Origin: a virus | Reading direction: 5' to 3' (one strand) | IMG/VR virus record: IMGVR_UViG_3300044644_001556 | DNA length: 64,000 nucleotides | Shown: positions 1-11,200 of the stretch, one piece after another | How positions within the stretch are numbered: the first letter of the stretch is position 1 | How the letters are laid out: every line of letters starts with the position of its first letter | The notes under the pieces: generated by a model | Database searches by the model: none | What the model saw: only the letters and a program-made list of their open reading frames with translations | Told to the model about the DNA's origin: nothing | Position numbers and translations under genes: made by a program

Positions 1-306
1 GTTATTAGATATTTCTAACCTTAGCGAGGCGAACTTAAAAAGTTCTTCGCAGATAAATTCGATCGTCGCTGCAAATTTAATCTACGTTACATACGAGTCA
101 ATAAAATCATATTATACTACGTTTTCCCATATAAATCAACTTATTTTTTTATAAAAATCCATCGGCCGATTGGCGGTATAATTAGCGGTAAACCCAAAGA
201 CAATATCAAAATTATCGATATTTCATCCGGAGTTAAAATATCAGTTAACCCAATGCTCAAGTATATAAAAATAATACTAAAAAAATAAACATCACCTCTG
301 CTCATT

Positions 307-1050
307 TTAATCTCCTAATAAAATATATTTGTCGATATATGAATGGAATTTTGGTTCATTCGGATAACTTCTAGGATTAGTTCGTATTTTACAATTATTA
401 TAATCAACATCATAACCTTCGTGCATATGTCCATAAAACCAATAATCAATATTATCCATATATCTAGTTAAATCACTGGAATAACAACCATTCGATTCAT
501 ATCGATCTTTAAATCGTTCATTGATTGTTAAATATGAGGGGGCGTGATGAGAGCATACTATATTCATATAATCGTTAGTTAGTTCTTGTTTTAATATCTT
601 TATAAATTTACTATGTTCTTCCAACCAATCATAAACAGTTAATATATTACCATCACTTCTAACTGATTTAAAATCACTAATCATACGAGGAGCTTTTTTC
701 ATAGTCATTGCGTCAGCTTTATGAAAATCGGACCAGCAAGTTCCACCAATAAATTTAACATTATCTATTACAATAGATTCATTATGTAATACTGTAATAT
801 TATTAGTAAAATAATTTTTAATTTTATCGACTTGATTTAAATCATATTGATAAAATTCATGATTACCTAAAATATACAAAACGCGATCAAATTTAGATGA
901 TATATCATTAAAAAACTTTTTTGCGAACCGCTCATTCAATAAATTCGCGGGAATAATATCTCCACATAAGATTAAAACATCGCCAGTATCATTGATCGTA
1001 AAATTCGGTGAAAATTCTAAATGGATATCAGATGTATAATTTATTTTCAT
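307..1050 (-). CDS. calcineurin-like metallophosphoesterase
   Basis: Motifs SDIHLE, CGDI, LGNHEFY, SHHAP, YGHMH. Confidence 0.9.
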   Translation of the reverse strand: MKINYTSDIHLEFSPNFTINDTGDVLILCGDIIPANLLNERFAKKFFNDISSKFDRVLYILGNHEFYQYDLNQVDKIKNYFTNNITVLHNESIVIDNVKFIGGTCWSDFHKADAMTMKKAPRMISDFKSVRSDGNILTVYDWLEEHSKFIKILKQELTNDYMNIVCSHHAPSYLTINERFKDRYESNGCYSSDLTRYMDNIDYWFYGHMHEGYDVDYNNCKIRTNPRSYPNEPKFHSYIDKYILLGD

Positions 1051-1076
1051 TAAATGACCTATTAATTTAAGTCATT

Positions 1077-1105
1077 ATTATATAGTATTACATTTTAAAG
1101 GTCAA
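1077..1105 (-). promoter_or_regulatory. sigma70-type early promoter
   Basis: TTGACC-17 nt-TATAAT upstream of 307..1050. Confidence 0.75.
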
Positions 1106-1127
1106 TAAATATCTATTTTTACTATGA

Positions 1128-1775
1128 TTGTTTACTATGAACCTTATTGAATTAGTCGAATCGAGCACAACTAATCTAAAATCATCCGCATATGATGAGT
1201 TATTAAAATATAAAGGAGATGATAATGCATTTATTCACTTCTCCGATATATCCATGGTAAGTTTATATCCGGATGCAAAATATCGCACTCCGGTTGGTTT
1301 ATATGGTTATCCATTAACTGCTACGTGGTCGTATTATAAAGTAGATCAAAGCAAATCATTTAAAACTTATCCTCAAGGTCATCGAAAATTTATTCATATT
1401 TTCAAAGTCAATAAATTAAATAAATTAATAAATGCGAATAATTACCACAAATCAAAAGAAGATATTGAAAAATTAATTAAAATTTATCCAGATATCGATA
1501 TTCGGGGTGAATGGGGGTGGTTATCCCAAAAACATTATAATCAATTTCAATTATTTTGGGAAATCACTAAATTTATTGCAAAGCAATTAGATAAAAAAAA
1601 TTACGAACAAAAATGGTCTAGTGTAATTAAAAAATTAGGTTATAATGGGGTAATTGAAACTAAACCATCAGGTTTAATTTTCGGTAGTGAACCGATTCAA
1701 ATGTTCGTTTTTAGTAGAGGTGATATTGAATTAATAGACTTTATTAAAAATGCGGATTATAAAGGAAAAAAATAG
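1128..1775 (+). CDS. hypothetical late protein, possible internal head protein
   Basis: 215 aa ORF; N-terminus MNLIELVES; ATAAATAT at 1105-1112. Confidence 0.6.
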   Translation: MFTMNLIELVESSTTNLKSSAYDELLKYKGDDNAFIHFSDISMVSLYPDAKYRTPVGLYGYPLTATWSYYKVDQSKSFKTYPQGHRKFIHIFKVNKLNKLINANNYHKSKEDIEKLIKIYPDIDIRGEWGWLSQKHYNQFQLFWEITKFIAKQLDKKNYEQKWSSVIKKLGYNGVIETKPSGLIFGSEPIQMFVFSRGDIELIDFIKNADYKGKK

Positions 1776-1794
1776 GGCGATCAGCCCTATTTTC
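1771..1794. terminator. intrinsic (bidirectional) terminator
   Basis: AATAGGGC-gatca-GCCCTATT hairpin with A/T tracts on both sides. Confidence 0.7.
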
Positions 1795-2102
1795 TTTTAT
1801 TCTTTTACGAAGGTGTAAGCACCATCATAATATGCATCCGCTAATGCGTCTTTTAATAACTTTAAAATATTTTCGTATTCTTCTTCTGGTATATCTAAAT
1901 TAGAAAATTTTTCGTATAATTTATCCAAATTAGTTTTATTCATATCATAGTCCCTATTTGTTGTTAAATTTAATTTTAAATTATTTATAAAAAAGAAGGA
2001 CTTATAATAAATTATAAGTCCTTTAGATGGATTTTAAAATTAATTTAAAATCAGTAGGAGAGCACAGAGATAAATCGGTATATTAATTAAAAAAGTATTT
2101 TG

Positions 2103-2176
2103 TGGGCCGGAAGGGACTTGAACCCCTAACCTGCCGATTATGAGTCGGATGCTCTAACCAATTGAGCTACGGGCCC
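2103..2176 (-). tRNA. tRNA with CAT anticodon (Ile2-like), no encoded CCA
   Basis: GGGCCCG-TAGCTCAATTGGTTAGAGC...GACTCATAATC...GGTTCAAGTCC; resembles bacterial tRNA-Ile2. Confidence 0.85.
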
Positions 2177-2207
2177 ACAAAATACTCTTAATTACTAATA
2201 TTTAATT

Positions 2208-2236
2208 ATTATATGTATTATTAATATAAAAGTCAA
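2208..2236 (-). promoter_or_regulatory. sigma70-type promoter for tRNA(CAT)
   Basis: TTGACT-17-TATAAT. Confidence 0.75.
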
Positions 2237-2697
2237 GCATTAAATTAAATCAAATGTATCTTTATCAATAACTGTATAAATGGTCGGATACTTATATCTT
2301 GCAATTTTGCTGCCTGGGTAAGTTAGACATATCAATCGAGATGCATAATACAATTCAATAAACTCACCTCCGCGAACTACGTATTGAATACGATCATTAT
2401 TTAATGTAATAGATTCATCATCGATTAATCGGATGGTACTATTTTGTGTGATCATACTAGTTATCCAAATCAAAATAAAAACATATTATAAAACAAATAA
2501 ATTTAAAATTCAATTTATTTTATGATTTGGTATATTCGGTGGATAAATATAATTAGATAATTTTAATTTTAGAGTATGCTTAGGTTATTTAATAGTATAA
2601 ATAGTACTTGATATAGCACATATTATATAGTGGTGTCTATAATAAATATGTAATACTCTAATATATTATACAAAACACAATTTTACGGAGCATATAT

Positions 2698-5289
2698 ATG
2701 ACTACAAATATTGCAATTAGTAATTGCGCAGTGGATGCAACCACAGCACCCCCAGGTAAAACGGATGTATTGCCAAATACTTCGATTATCCGTGCGGGTG
2801 TAACTACAAATTCACCAACACTAACCCAAAATATTGATAATTTTGGTGATGCAACTACTGTTGTACCAACTGGTTCATTCTGTACTGTAAATGAATTAAT
2901 TTGGGCGGTTCGTATGGCGGTTGAAGGTCGGGCGTACGGTACTCCGCCGGTAGATGCGGGCGGTAAAGTAACCTTAGCAAATGGTGGATCTAGAGGTGAT
3001 TTTACTCACAGCTATAAACCAGCTAATGGCGGTGCGTTAGTTGACGTCGATTCGGATTCATTTGGTCCATTTAAAGCAGATATAACCAATCCAGCGGGCG
3101 GCCCAATCGCCGGTTATGTTGGTTGGACAGGTTGGACTTTATATGATACTTTTCCGTTAACTGGAGATAATGATCCAAGTGGTATCGTTACTCAAGTTTA
3201 TCGTGCATTAAATAAAGACGGTGTTTCATACAAATATTCAATTTTCCGTTGGAATTTATTATTGAGTGAAATCAATATTACTTCTTGTGAAGCTTGGGAT
3301 AAAGTTACTAGAACGTCGACTAACGAAACTCATACATTCTTTGATTCATCACCGATTCCTTATAAATTAAACGAAACAAAATTAGTATTGATGATTAACC
3401 CGCGTTGGTTAGTTTTACAATCAATTATCTATGATGAACCATCTGTTTGGGCGGGCGTATTTGAAACTGCACGCGAAGATATTACTGACGTTGCAACTTC
3501 AACAAACCCAGGTTTGCCTTGCTGGGGTTGGATTTCATCTACTTTATGGTCGTTAGGTGCTAAATCATATTTAGAAAAACCGATGGGTGGTGGTGCTGGT
3601 GCTACCGGTACAGCAACCGCAAGTGATTATACATTATTAAGTATGCCTCGTACTAAATCTGGTGCGACTGGATTTGGTGCAGCTAAAGGTTGGGGTGCGG
3701 ATTACGGGGTAGCTCAATATCCAAACTGGTTGACTAGTACAACTCCTGCATTCGTTACTTATTTAAGTAATGATAATGTTGGTAATAAATTCCAAGCGAA
3801 CTCATGGGATACAACCAAACGTTTAGTATTACCGATTAAACCAATTCATGATTATGCAGCTAACTTCGTCGCTAACTATGGTACAATCTTTGGTTTAAAA
3901 GTATTGGCTCCAATTGGACCGATGATGACTAAAATTAAAGTTAATACCGATGCGGATGGTAACTATACACCGGTAGTAACTTCAACTTCAACTAAAATTC
4001 ATTGGTTATTAAATACTCACCATAAAGCGTCTGGTGGCGCCGTTGCATCAGGTAGTGATTCTAATTCATGGTTCCAAAATACACAATTAGGTATTACTAA
4101 TATTAATACTAGCCCAAATAAACCATTTGCTTTAGTTAATGTTGGTTCTATTTGTTATGCTATTGCGGTTGCGGGCGGTCAGTTAAATAAATTCTTAAAA
4201 ATCAATTTGGTAACTCAGCAAGTTGATGTAATATTTGATTTATTAACTTCTAGTGCTAGTAAAATAACGATTCCTACATTATCACCGGCCGATATCACTG
4301 ATCTAGGTTTAGCGACTGGTAACGAAACTGCAGTTCCGACTTTATTTTTTGATATTAAATATGATGGCGATCAATACATTTATTTAACAACAGACGTTGG
4401 TCTTATTCGTTATAGAATTACTGATGGTAAATGGGTTAATAGAAATAAAGTAGGTCCTGGCTGTCAAGCTATTTCATTAACAGCATCTAAAATTTACGTA
4501 GCGCCAAAAACCGCAAGCCCAGCACCAAAAATTTATTCATTAAATAGAGCTGATTTTTCGTGGCAACCACAATCAACTGATATCTTATTAACTGATTTTA
4601 CTGATGATGTTATTATGACTGATGCATGTACTGGTACTGACGGTAGTGTTTATTTTACGCCTGTTATACCTGCGACTAGTAATGGTTATTCAACAAGATA
4701 TCGCTTAATTAAAATTGATCCGGCGGGTGTAGTATCGTATCATCCGTTTACTGTCGGGACTGGTAATTTAGCGACGCGTCAAGCAGCACTTCAAGTATTA
4801 GATAGCAATAACTTATTATTATGGCAGGCGACTGGTGATGGTGGGGCATGTACATTATATGCAGTTCGTATTAATACCACTAAAATGACGATGATGAAAT
4901 CAATTGATACTATTCAATCAACTGGTATTGCATTGGCTGGGGCTGGTATTATTAGTAGCAAACGCATACAACATGCTAAAATCCAAGGTGTTATTATTGC
5001 CGCACCATATTACGTAACAACTATCGGTTCATATGCGACATTACAATTGTGTTCACAATCAACCTCTAATACATTAGGTGTATTATCTGCGGTTGCTGGA
5101 TTAAACGGCGTAGTTAATATTACGGATACTATCTCCCCGGCCGGCAATAACTTATTCGTTTGGGATGGCGTTCGTTTCTACGGTAATACCGATAGTAGTT
5201 TACATATCTTTAGTAAATTAAATAATGAATCATGTTTCTCTGATGGTTCAAAAAATATTTTATTAGGTCAAGTTACTTTACCGGCTTAA
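2698..5289 (+). CDS. putative virion structural protein (tail/baseplate-associated, probable C-terminal beta-propeller)
   Basis: 863 aa, G/T/S/A-rich; ATAAATAT at 2642-2649; first gene of a + strand structural operon. Confidence 0.6.
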   Translation: MTTNIAISNCAVDATTAPPGKTDVLPNTSIIRAGVTTNSPTLTQNIDNFGDATTVVPTGSFCTVNELIWAVRMAVEGRAYGTPPVDAGGKVTLANGGSRGDFTHSYKPANGGALVDVDSDSFGPFKADITNPAGGPIAGYVGWTGWTLYDTFPLTGDNDPSGIVTQVYRALNKDGVSYKYSIFRWNLLLSEINITSCEAWDKVTRTSTNETHTFFDSSPIPYKLNETKLVLMINPRWLVLQSIIYDEPSVWAGVFETAREDITDVATSTNPGLPCWGWISSTLWSLGAKSYLEKPMGGGAGATGTATASDYTLLSMPRTKSGATGFGAAKGWGADYGVAQYPNWLTSTTPAFVTYLSNDNVGNKFQANSWDTTKRLVLPIKPIHDYAANFVANYGTIFGLKVLAPIGPMMTKIKVNTDADGNYTPVVTSTSTKIHWLLNTHHKASGGAVASGSDSNSWFQNTQLGITNINTSPNKPFALVNVGSICYAIAVAGGQLNKFLKINLVTQQVDVIFDLLTSSASKITIPTLSPADITDLGLATGNETAVPTLFFDIKYDGDQYIYLTTDVGLIRYRITDGKWVNRNKVGPGCQAISLTASKIYVAPKTASPAPKIYSLNRADFSWQPQSTDILLTDFTDDVIMTDACTGTDGSVYFTPVIPATSNGYSTRYRLIKIDPAGVVSYHPFTVGTGNLATRQAALQVLDSNNLLLWQATGDGGACTLYAVRINTTKMTMMKSIDTIQSTGIALAGAGIISSKRIQHAKIQGVIIAAPYYVTTIGSYATLQLCSQSTSNTLGVLSAVAGLNGVVNITDTISPAGNNLFVWDGVRFYGNTDSSLHIFSKLNNESCFSDGSKNILLGQVTLPA

Positions 5290-5293
5290 TATT

Positions 5294-8200
5294 ATGATAA
5301 CTGGTAATGTTACATTAAATATACAATTTGTTGGTGGGATCGCTGGTAAGGCGGGTAAATGCTCTACAATTACCGAAACCCCACCGACTGTAGTTAGTAC
5401 TAGTAATGCTAGCATTACCACGACGTCAAAAACTCAGCTAATTGGGGTTGGTATTAAACCAGCTCCAATAGCTCAATCAATTACTCCTATTGTGGGCCAG
5501 CCGTCAATGGTCCGTAATATTTACTTACTTAGCTATCTCGGTTTAATTACTCCAGTAAAAACAACTGGAGTAAAATTACCTAAAATTGGGGCTGTTGGTC
5601 CTGGTTTATTAATCATTAATAATGGTATAGTTAAAAAAGTTATTATTAAATGGGGTGGTATAGTTTCAGTTAAAGTCGGAAAAACTCGAGTTTTATTTGC
5701 GGCTGATTATTTAAATATTAATCCACCCGATATTAATCGCGTTTTTAAACCCGGAAAAGGTGTCGGTATACGTTTACCGAAAGTTGGCCGCGCTACGGGC
5801 GGTAATCAAGATTTAATTCAATATTCAAATACTTTTACATTTAGTAGTCCAAATCCAGTAACTAAAAAAGTAACTGGTTTAAAAAGTAGTAAAGTTGGTT
5901 TTGTTAAATATCCAGCTATTACTCAAAGTACATTAAGTTTTGCGTTCAATACAAAAGTACAAGCAAATACAACATTATACGCATATAACAAATATCAAAC
6001 CAAGGGTTCAAAACTAGTCCTGCATTCAGGTATTAGACCCACTAAAGTTGGTTCTGCGACATTTAAAATATCGGATTCTTTTGCGGGTTACATATCATCG
6101 TACCTACAATCAAATACCAATATTAATTTTATATCGAAATATCAAATAGATCGTTTATTTAAAACTAAAATAGTTTATACTGGGTCTAAACCAGCAAAAG
6201 TAGGTTCAGCTACTTTTAATATAGGTGATTCATTTGCTGGGTATATCTCGCAATATACTCAAACTAATACTAATATTAATTACATATCGAAATATCAAAT
6301 AGATCGATTATTTAAAACTAAAATAGTTTTTGCTGGGACTATAAATCCTAGTATCGGTAGTGCTGAATTTAGAGTATCAGATACGTATACTGGATATATT
6401 TCTCGATATACCCAAACTAATACTAATATTAATTATGTATCTACTTATCAATTAAATAATTTATATCAAAATACTGTTTATAATGGTTGCACTCAGGCAT
6501 TAGTCGGTAGTGCTGAATTTAGAGTATCGGATACGTATACTGGATATATTTCTCGATATACCCAAACTAATACTAATATTAATTTCGTATCTGCATATCA
6601 ATTAAATAATTTATATCAATCTGTAGTTTATAACAGTTGTACGCTGCCATTAGTTGGTGGGGCCGAATTTAGAGTCGCTAATTCATTTGCTGGGTATCAA
6701 TCACAATACTCACAAATTAATACGAATATTAATTACGTATCTGGATATCAACTTTCTAATTTATATTTAAGTTCTACTTATAATATTTGCAATACTGCAT
6801 TAATTGGAACATTAACATATCCAATAACAAAAACAAAAAATACAATTAATGTTTATAATGCAGTCAATAATATTAGTTATATCCAAACTAATGTTCCGAT
6901 TATTAAAAATTATGTCGGTATTCCTGCACAAATAGTCGGTACCTTAATATATCCGGTAGCGAAAACAAAAACAGTCAAATATGTTTATAGTAATGATACA
7001 TTAACCTATATTCAATCTAATGCTCCAGTTATTAAAGATTATGTGGGGGTTTTAGATCAGACAGTCGGTACTTTAATATATCCGGTAATTAAAACCGCGA
7101 ATACGATTAACGTTTATAGTCAAGGATTCTCTAGATATACTCAAAATAATACACAATTAATTAAAGAGTATGTCGGAATTAATATACCTAAAGTAGGCGT
7201 TACTAAACGTTTAATCATTGGTTATGAATTATATATTTCTACAGCTATAGTTAATCAGCCGGGTGGCGGTTTTTCTTCTAGATATGCGGGGCCGTATAAA
7301 AAATCAATTGGTATAACTACGGATTCATTTACAGTTTCCAATCAAGTACCGCCACAAATACAAGCGGCTATTGCTAATATTACTAGTGTATTCCGCGGCG
7401 TTACTAAAAAAGCACCTCCGTTTAAATGTAATTATCCGCCGTCGTTATTATACACTCGACCATACAACGACCCCACACTTGCGCTTCGGCCGGGGCATTA
7501 TGCCGGTAAATTAGTCGCAAAATATGGCTCGTACGTAATATATGATCATATTTTATTACCACCATTAGCCAGCGAATTAGTTGTACAGAAACGTTCTGGT
7601 GCTGCTGATAAAGCTGGATTTGTCGGTTGCTTCGTACCTAGATTGGGTACTACCGCATTATACGATAGAATACCGCAGGTATTCGCAGATTACCTACCAA
7701 TTGTTGATCTTAAACAATTAGAAAAAGCTGGACGTATTAAAATCGTCGGTATAGTTAAAAAGGGAATCGGATCTACTACTAATGCATACGTATTAAATAG
7801 TGACGGAATTGCGTCATCTATTGCGAATATACAAGCAAGAGTTGCCGGCAAATCCGGGTTCTATAGTTCGTTAGTTGCAGCGCCTGGTCGCATGGAATCA
7901 TGTGAAATTATCCCAGGATTATTTAGATTTGATTATAGCTATACTCCAACTCATACGCCGACAAAATCATACGTCTATACGTTCGGTGGTTTTAATAAAA
8001 CGCAAGTTGGTTATTTACCGAAATTAATGTATTTGGGGTCACCCCAACAAGATTATTCATATTCGCCACCGAATAACCCGATTCTTAATCAGGCAGCTAT
8101 TGGTTTTGATGGTTTATTACCTAGTTTATTACCGGGGGCGGTAGCTACAGCGTATATTAGTAAACAACAAGATTCGACGACTAACAAATATACTTATACT

Positions 8201-11200
8201 CCACCACCACTTCAGCTTAACGAAGCCGGAATCCAAGGCTTCGCTGGGTGTATTTTACCACCAATTGGCTTAGGCGTTCCTAGTATTATTACTGATTTAT
8301 CAGTAATTTATAAAAATACTGGATTCTTCGATCAGACGACAAAAGCATCAGCTTGGTCGTATTGTGGATATAATTTTGTACCAGTTGGTACGGCATTAGA
8401 TAAGATAGTTGATTATTATTTCGACGATACGGCATTTTCGTATCGCCCGTCATTTATTAATGATGTTTCGGTATTTTATAATGCATGGGTTGGGACGATA
8501 TCTCCAGCCGTTGGGACTGGTTATTCGATAGATTATATACCATCATCTGATGGTAAATTATATTATGATTATGCAAATGATTACCTTAATGCTAAAGGTA
8601 TTGATTTACATGGTTATACCGGCTGTAAAATAAGCCCTATCGCTACAGTTTTCGTATCGGATATTATTATTCCGGAGGGTAAACACGAATATTATTATTA
8701 CCTACGTAATTTATTAGATAGTAATATTCGCGATAATATCCAACGAAATCAAGTTTATGAAACTGCTACTATTTCTATTGGTGGAATTCCGAGTCAATTT
8801 ATTGGTTCTATATTAGATGCATATCCAGTTGATAGTTCATTTATTAGTAATATTGGTCGTAATATCCAGCGAACGATATTACTCGATAATTTAATATGTT
8901 CTGGCGTTACGTCGACTATTAATAATATAGTCGGTAATACAATAAACCCATTTAAATTAAATAATGCAATCGATACTACATTGCGATACCAATCAAATAT
9001 CATCGCTGATATTTCTGCAGTATTTAATGTAATTAAAACGGTATTAGTCGGTAAATCAGTAAACGCAATTAAATTAAATAACTTAGCGTCAACTGAGTTT
9101 AGATATCAAGAAAATATAATCCCGGCATTTACTGGCGAATATAAAGGTATTATTAGTACTACTAATATAGTATGTTCAGCTATCGGTACTAAAAATTACA
9201 TATCTTATAATGATACTACTTTAGTTCAAACTAATATTATCACTACAGTATCAAATGGTATTGGTTTATCTAATTTTTATGTTGGTGGTGCTCCAGTAAA
9301 ATTATCATTAATTACTGGATTAACTACTAATGCGACTCAGACGAATATTTTACCGTTTGCTGTATCTACTGGTATTGGTTGCGTTAATGTTTATGTCGGT
9401 GGTACTCCGGTAAAATCATCGTTAATTGCGGGATTAACTACTGATGCGACTCAGACTAATATTTTACCGTTTGCCGTATCTACCGGTATCGGTTGCGTCA
9501 ATGTTTATGTTGGTGGTACTCCGGTAACCTCAGATCTAATTACTGGATTAATAACTAATACTTTACAAGATAATATAGTTCCAGATGCCGTATCTACTGG
9601 TATTGGTTGTGTCAATGTTTATGTTGGTGGTACTCCGGTAACCTCAGATCTAATTACCGGATTAATATCTAATACTTTACAAGATAATATAGTTCCGGCA
9701 GTTATATCTACTGGTATTGGTTGTGTTAATGTTTATGTCGGTAATACTCCGGTAACTTCAGATCTAATTACCGGATTAATAACTAATACTTTACAAGATA
9801 ATATAGTTCCGGATGCCGTATCTACTGGTATTGGTTGTGTCAATGTTTATGTTGGCGGCACTCCGGTAACCTCAGATCTAATTACCGGATTAATATCTAA
9901 TACTTTACAAGATAATATAGTTCCCGATGCGGTATCTACCGGTATCGGTTGTGTTAATGTCTATATAGGTAATACATTAGATAGTGTCAATGGTGTTGTT
10001 GGTACTATCAATACTGATAATATCCAAAATAATACAATACCTTCAGTTATTCGTGTTTATTCTGGGTTTATTAATATACCGATTGGCTTTACTGAATCTG
10101 ATTTAATTGCAGTAACTGGTGAATTAGATACTACCATAGTTCAGGATAATATAATACCAGATATTATAACTACAGGTATCGGATTAACTCAGTCATATAT
10201 TGGTTCTGCTAGTACGCCAGCTGAGTCGGTCGGGGAATTAACTAATAATATACAAGATAATATAGTACCTGCGGATATATCCGTCGGTATTGGTATTGTT
10301 AATGTTTATATCGGGGCGACATTAACTGCAGTCAAATCAGTCGGCGAATTAACTAATACTTTACAAGATAATATAATACCAGAAATTATTACTGTTGGTA
10401 TTAGCGTCGATAAAATCTTCGTCGGTAATGCATTCGTCGAAAGATTAGTTATTGAAGGTGAATTATCTAATACATTACAGGATAGTGTATTACCTAGTTC
10501 GATAACCGCCGGTATTGGTTTAATTAATACTTATGTCGGTAATGCATTAGCCGAACATTTAATAATAATTGGCGAGATAACCAATACATTACAAGATAAT
10601 ATAATACCTAGCATTATAAGTGACGGTGTTGGTTTTGTTACCTGTAATATTGGTTGGACTGAACATATATTAGTTGAAAATATTGGTGATTTGGGTGATA
10701 TCAATAATCACTATATTCAAACTAACGATAGATTAAAACCAATAAGTGATGGTGTTGGTTTTGTTACTAGCAATATTGGTTGGACCGAGCATATATTAGT
10801 TAAAAATATCGGCGAATTAGGCGATATCAATAATGTATACGTTCAAACTAATGATAGATTAAAACCGATAAGTGATGGTGTTGGTTTTGTTACTAGCAAT
10901 ATTGGTTGGACTGAGCATATATTAGTTGAAAATATTGGTGATTTGGGTGATATCAATAATCGCTATATTCAAACTAACGATAAATTAAAACCGATAAGTG
11001 ATGGTGTTGGTTTTGTTACTAGTAGTAATATTGGTCATACTATCGGTAATGCAATATCGTTAAATTTTGATGATATTATCATAACGAATTATAATAATCA
11101 AGATAATATTGTTCCAGAGTTAATATCTATCGGCGTTGGTTTAATATCTAATATAATTGGTAGTGCATTATATGAACATATAGAATCAATAGATATTGAT

